In this document: piece by piece, positions 62,913 to 64,000 of the stretch
How the letters are laid out: each line of letters opens with the position of its first letter
Numbering within the stretch: position 1 is the first letter of the stretch
Notes under the pieces: model-generated
Seen by the model: the letters and a program-made list of their open reading frames with translations, nothing else
Told to the model about the DNA's origin: nothing
Database searches by the model: none
Program-made: the position numbers and the translations under genes
Virus record (IMG/VR): IMGVR_UViG_3300033146_004128
Span: 32,001-96,000 of that record
Direction: 5' to 3' (one strand)
Length of the DNA stretch: 64,000 nucleotides
Origin: a virus

Positions 62913-64000
62913 ATGATAACACTCGTAGGAAAAGTCCTAAAAGACGAGATAGCGGTTCCAAATTCACGTGTACAAGTATGCGTTAAGGACTCAGCAAACA
63001 ATATAGGTGGCTGGTCTGAAGTCGTATCTACAGACAGTTCGGGAAGATATCAGATTTCATTTGGTGATATAAGAGATCTTCATCAGAACTTCTCAGACGG
63101 CACAGAAATTCTAATCGCAGCATGGAATGATGATCTAGAAAGAACAGAGAATCACGCTGAACTTGGGACAAAAGTAGCAACCTATAATGGGGATGCACTT
63201 ATTGTAGAAGATGTCACAATACTTGACGCAGACCAGTGTGATTATTACCTTGTGAACAGTGCAATTTTTGTAGTTCAGAAAGAAAGAGTGCCATATACCC
63301 CGGTATTCGAATCAAGAAATCAGAAATCTATGTTCCATGAAGAGAGAGTGTTCCCACAAAATGCTACCACCGAAGTTCAGATGCATAACGGTACTGACTA
63401 CATAAGTCCATTTGACATCATAAAGAACGATGTTGGTGAAAGTTGGATCTTAGTAAGGGGTAGAAATGCGAGTGGACTATCCTATGTTGGATCACTACTT
63501 GTCACCACAACAGAGGCTGCGAACAGTCAAGATATAGACTTTAATTCTATAGATATAGATCAAGGCTTGTCTTTCTTTGTTGTAAAAGACAGAGGAATAT
63601 CTGATAATATATTCAGCGCTACTATATTCACCTCTCAAAGATACACTCTTACAAATGCAAAGTTTTTCGCAAACGGACTCCTGGTTAGAGAGATGACAGA
63701 CTTCTCTATCCCTCTCGTATCAATATCACTGTCCGGAATAGCAGACAGAACAAGAACAATGAAGATGGTAACTACTGGAACAATAGAGGGAAGTGATGAG
63801 CTTGTAGAATACACATACGAAAAAGAGGTAGCAGACTTCGACTCAATAACGGGAGATATCTCTATATCACTTGATGCCAACAGTGGTCTTCATACTGCCG
63901 GGCTTAATATAAACAATTCATCTGAGGTGACAGAGATCCTTTGGCAGATAGTTTACAGGTCTACTATTGTTGAGAGAGTAATTAAAGTAACCGATGCGGA
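62913..64000 (+). CDS. 5'-partial view of a long ORF, Ig-like/beta-sandwich structural protein (runs off window)
   Basis: My translation is open to the window end: MITLVGKVLKDEIAVPNSRVQV...TDSSGRYQISFG; GGAG SD. Confidence 0.75.
   Translation, partial: MITLVGKVLKDEIAVPNSRVQVCVKDSANNIGGWSEVVSTDSSGRYQISFGDIRDLHQNFSDGTEILIAAWNDDLERTENHAELGTKVATYNGDALIVEDVTILDADQCDYYLVNSAIFVVQKERVPYTPVFESRNQKSMFHEERVFPQNATTEVQMHNGTDYISPFDIIKNDVGESWILVRGRNASGLSYVGSLLVTTTEAANSQDIDFNSIDIDQGLSFFVVKDRGISDNIFSATIFTSQRYTLTNAKFFANGLLVREMTDFSIPLVSISLSGIADRTRTMKMVTTGTIEGSDELVEYTYEKEVADFDSITGDISISLDANSGLHTAGLNINNSSEVTEILWQIVYRSTIVERVIKVTDA

Larger units (their letters stand above)
1..64000. mobile_element. Segment of a large dsDNA bacteriophage genome (probable jumbo phage, likely Campylobacterota host)
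   Basis: Dense co-oriented small ORFs, portal-like gene, fiber genes, phage-type RNAP, GroES, SSB; no cellular housekeeping operons. Confidence 0.9.

Noticed and set aside
1-64000. Eukaryotic giant virus origin suggested by the multi-subunit-type RNAP
   Set aside because: Shine-Dalgarno sites, operonic overlaps, sigma70 promoters and bacterial-type SSB/GroES indicate a prokaryotic virus

Overview
This window looks like a 64-kb piece of a large (jumbo-type) dsDNA bacteriophage genome, not a bacterial chromosome: there are no housekeeping operons, Shine-Dalgarno sites are AGGA/GGAG, and genes overlap at ATGA/TAATG junctions. The host is probably a Campylobacterota bacterium (Sulfurovum/Sulfurimonas-like), inferred from the SSB sequence and the extended -10 promoters. 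Layout: (1) 1-25.9 kb, a one-directional array of about 55 small, mostly acidic, mostly unknown genes, including a Lar-like Zn finger, an HNH-like protein, SSB, several DpnD/PcfM-like domains and local paralogs; (2) 25.9-29.0 kb, a short reverse block including a GroES homolog; (3) 29.0-32.5 kb, a control region with divergent promoters, a palindromic operator pair, hairpin-rich non-coding DNA, an HsdS-like half subunit and an Sce7726-like nuclease; (4) 32.5-64 kb, a morphogenesis module. That module holds Lys-rich glycine-zipper proteins punctuated by a recurring K-x-A motif, a portal-like protein, an HExxH peptidase, VRR-NUC, fiber/adhesin proteins, a receiver plus sensor histidine kinase pair, Stealth-like/GT2/radical-SAM enzymes, and a compact single-chain beta-beta'(N) RNA polymerase (NADYDGD). 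The strongest candidates for new biology are the K-x-A processed cationic membrane polyproteins, the phage two-component system sitting among virion genes, and the fused/split RNA polymerase whose gene appears to be driven by host-type promoters. All family assignments come from motif recognition by eye; no database searches were run. I saw no tRNA, rRNA or CRISPR array.
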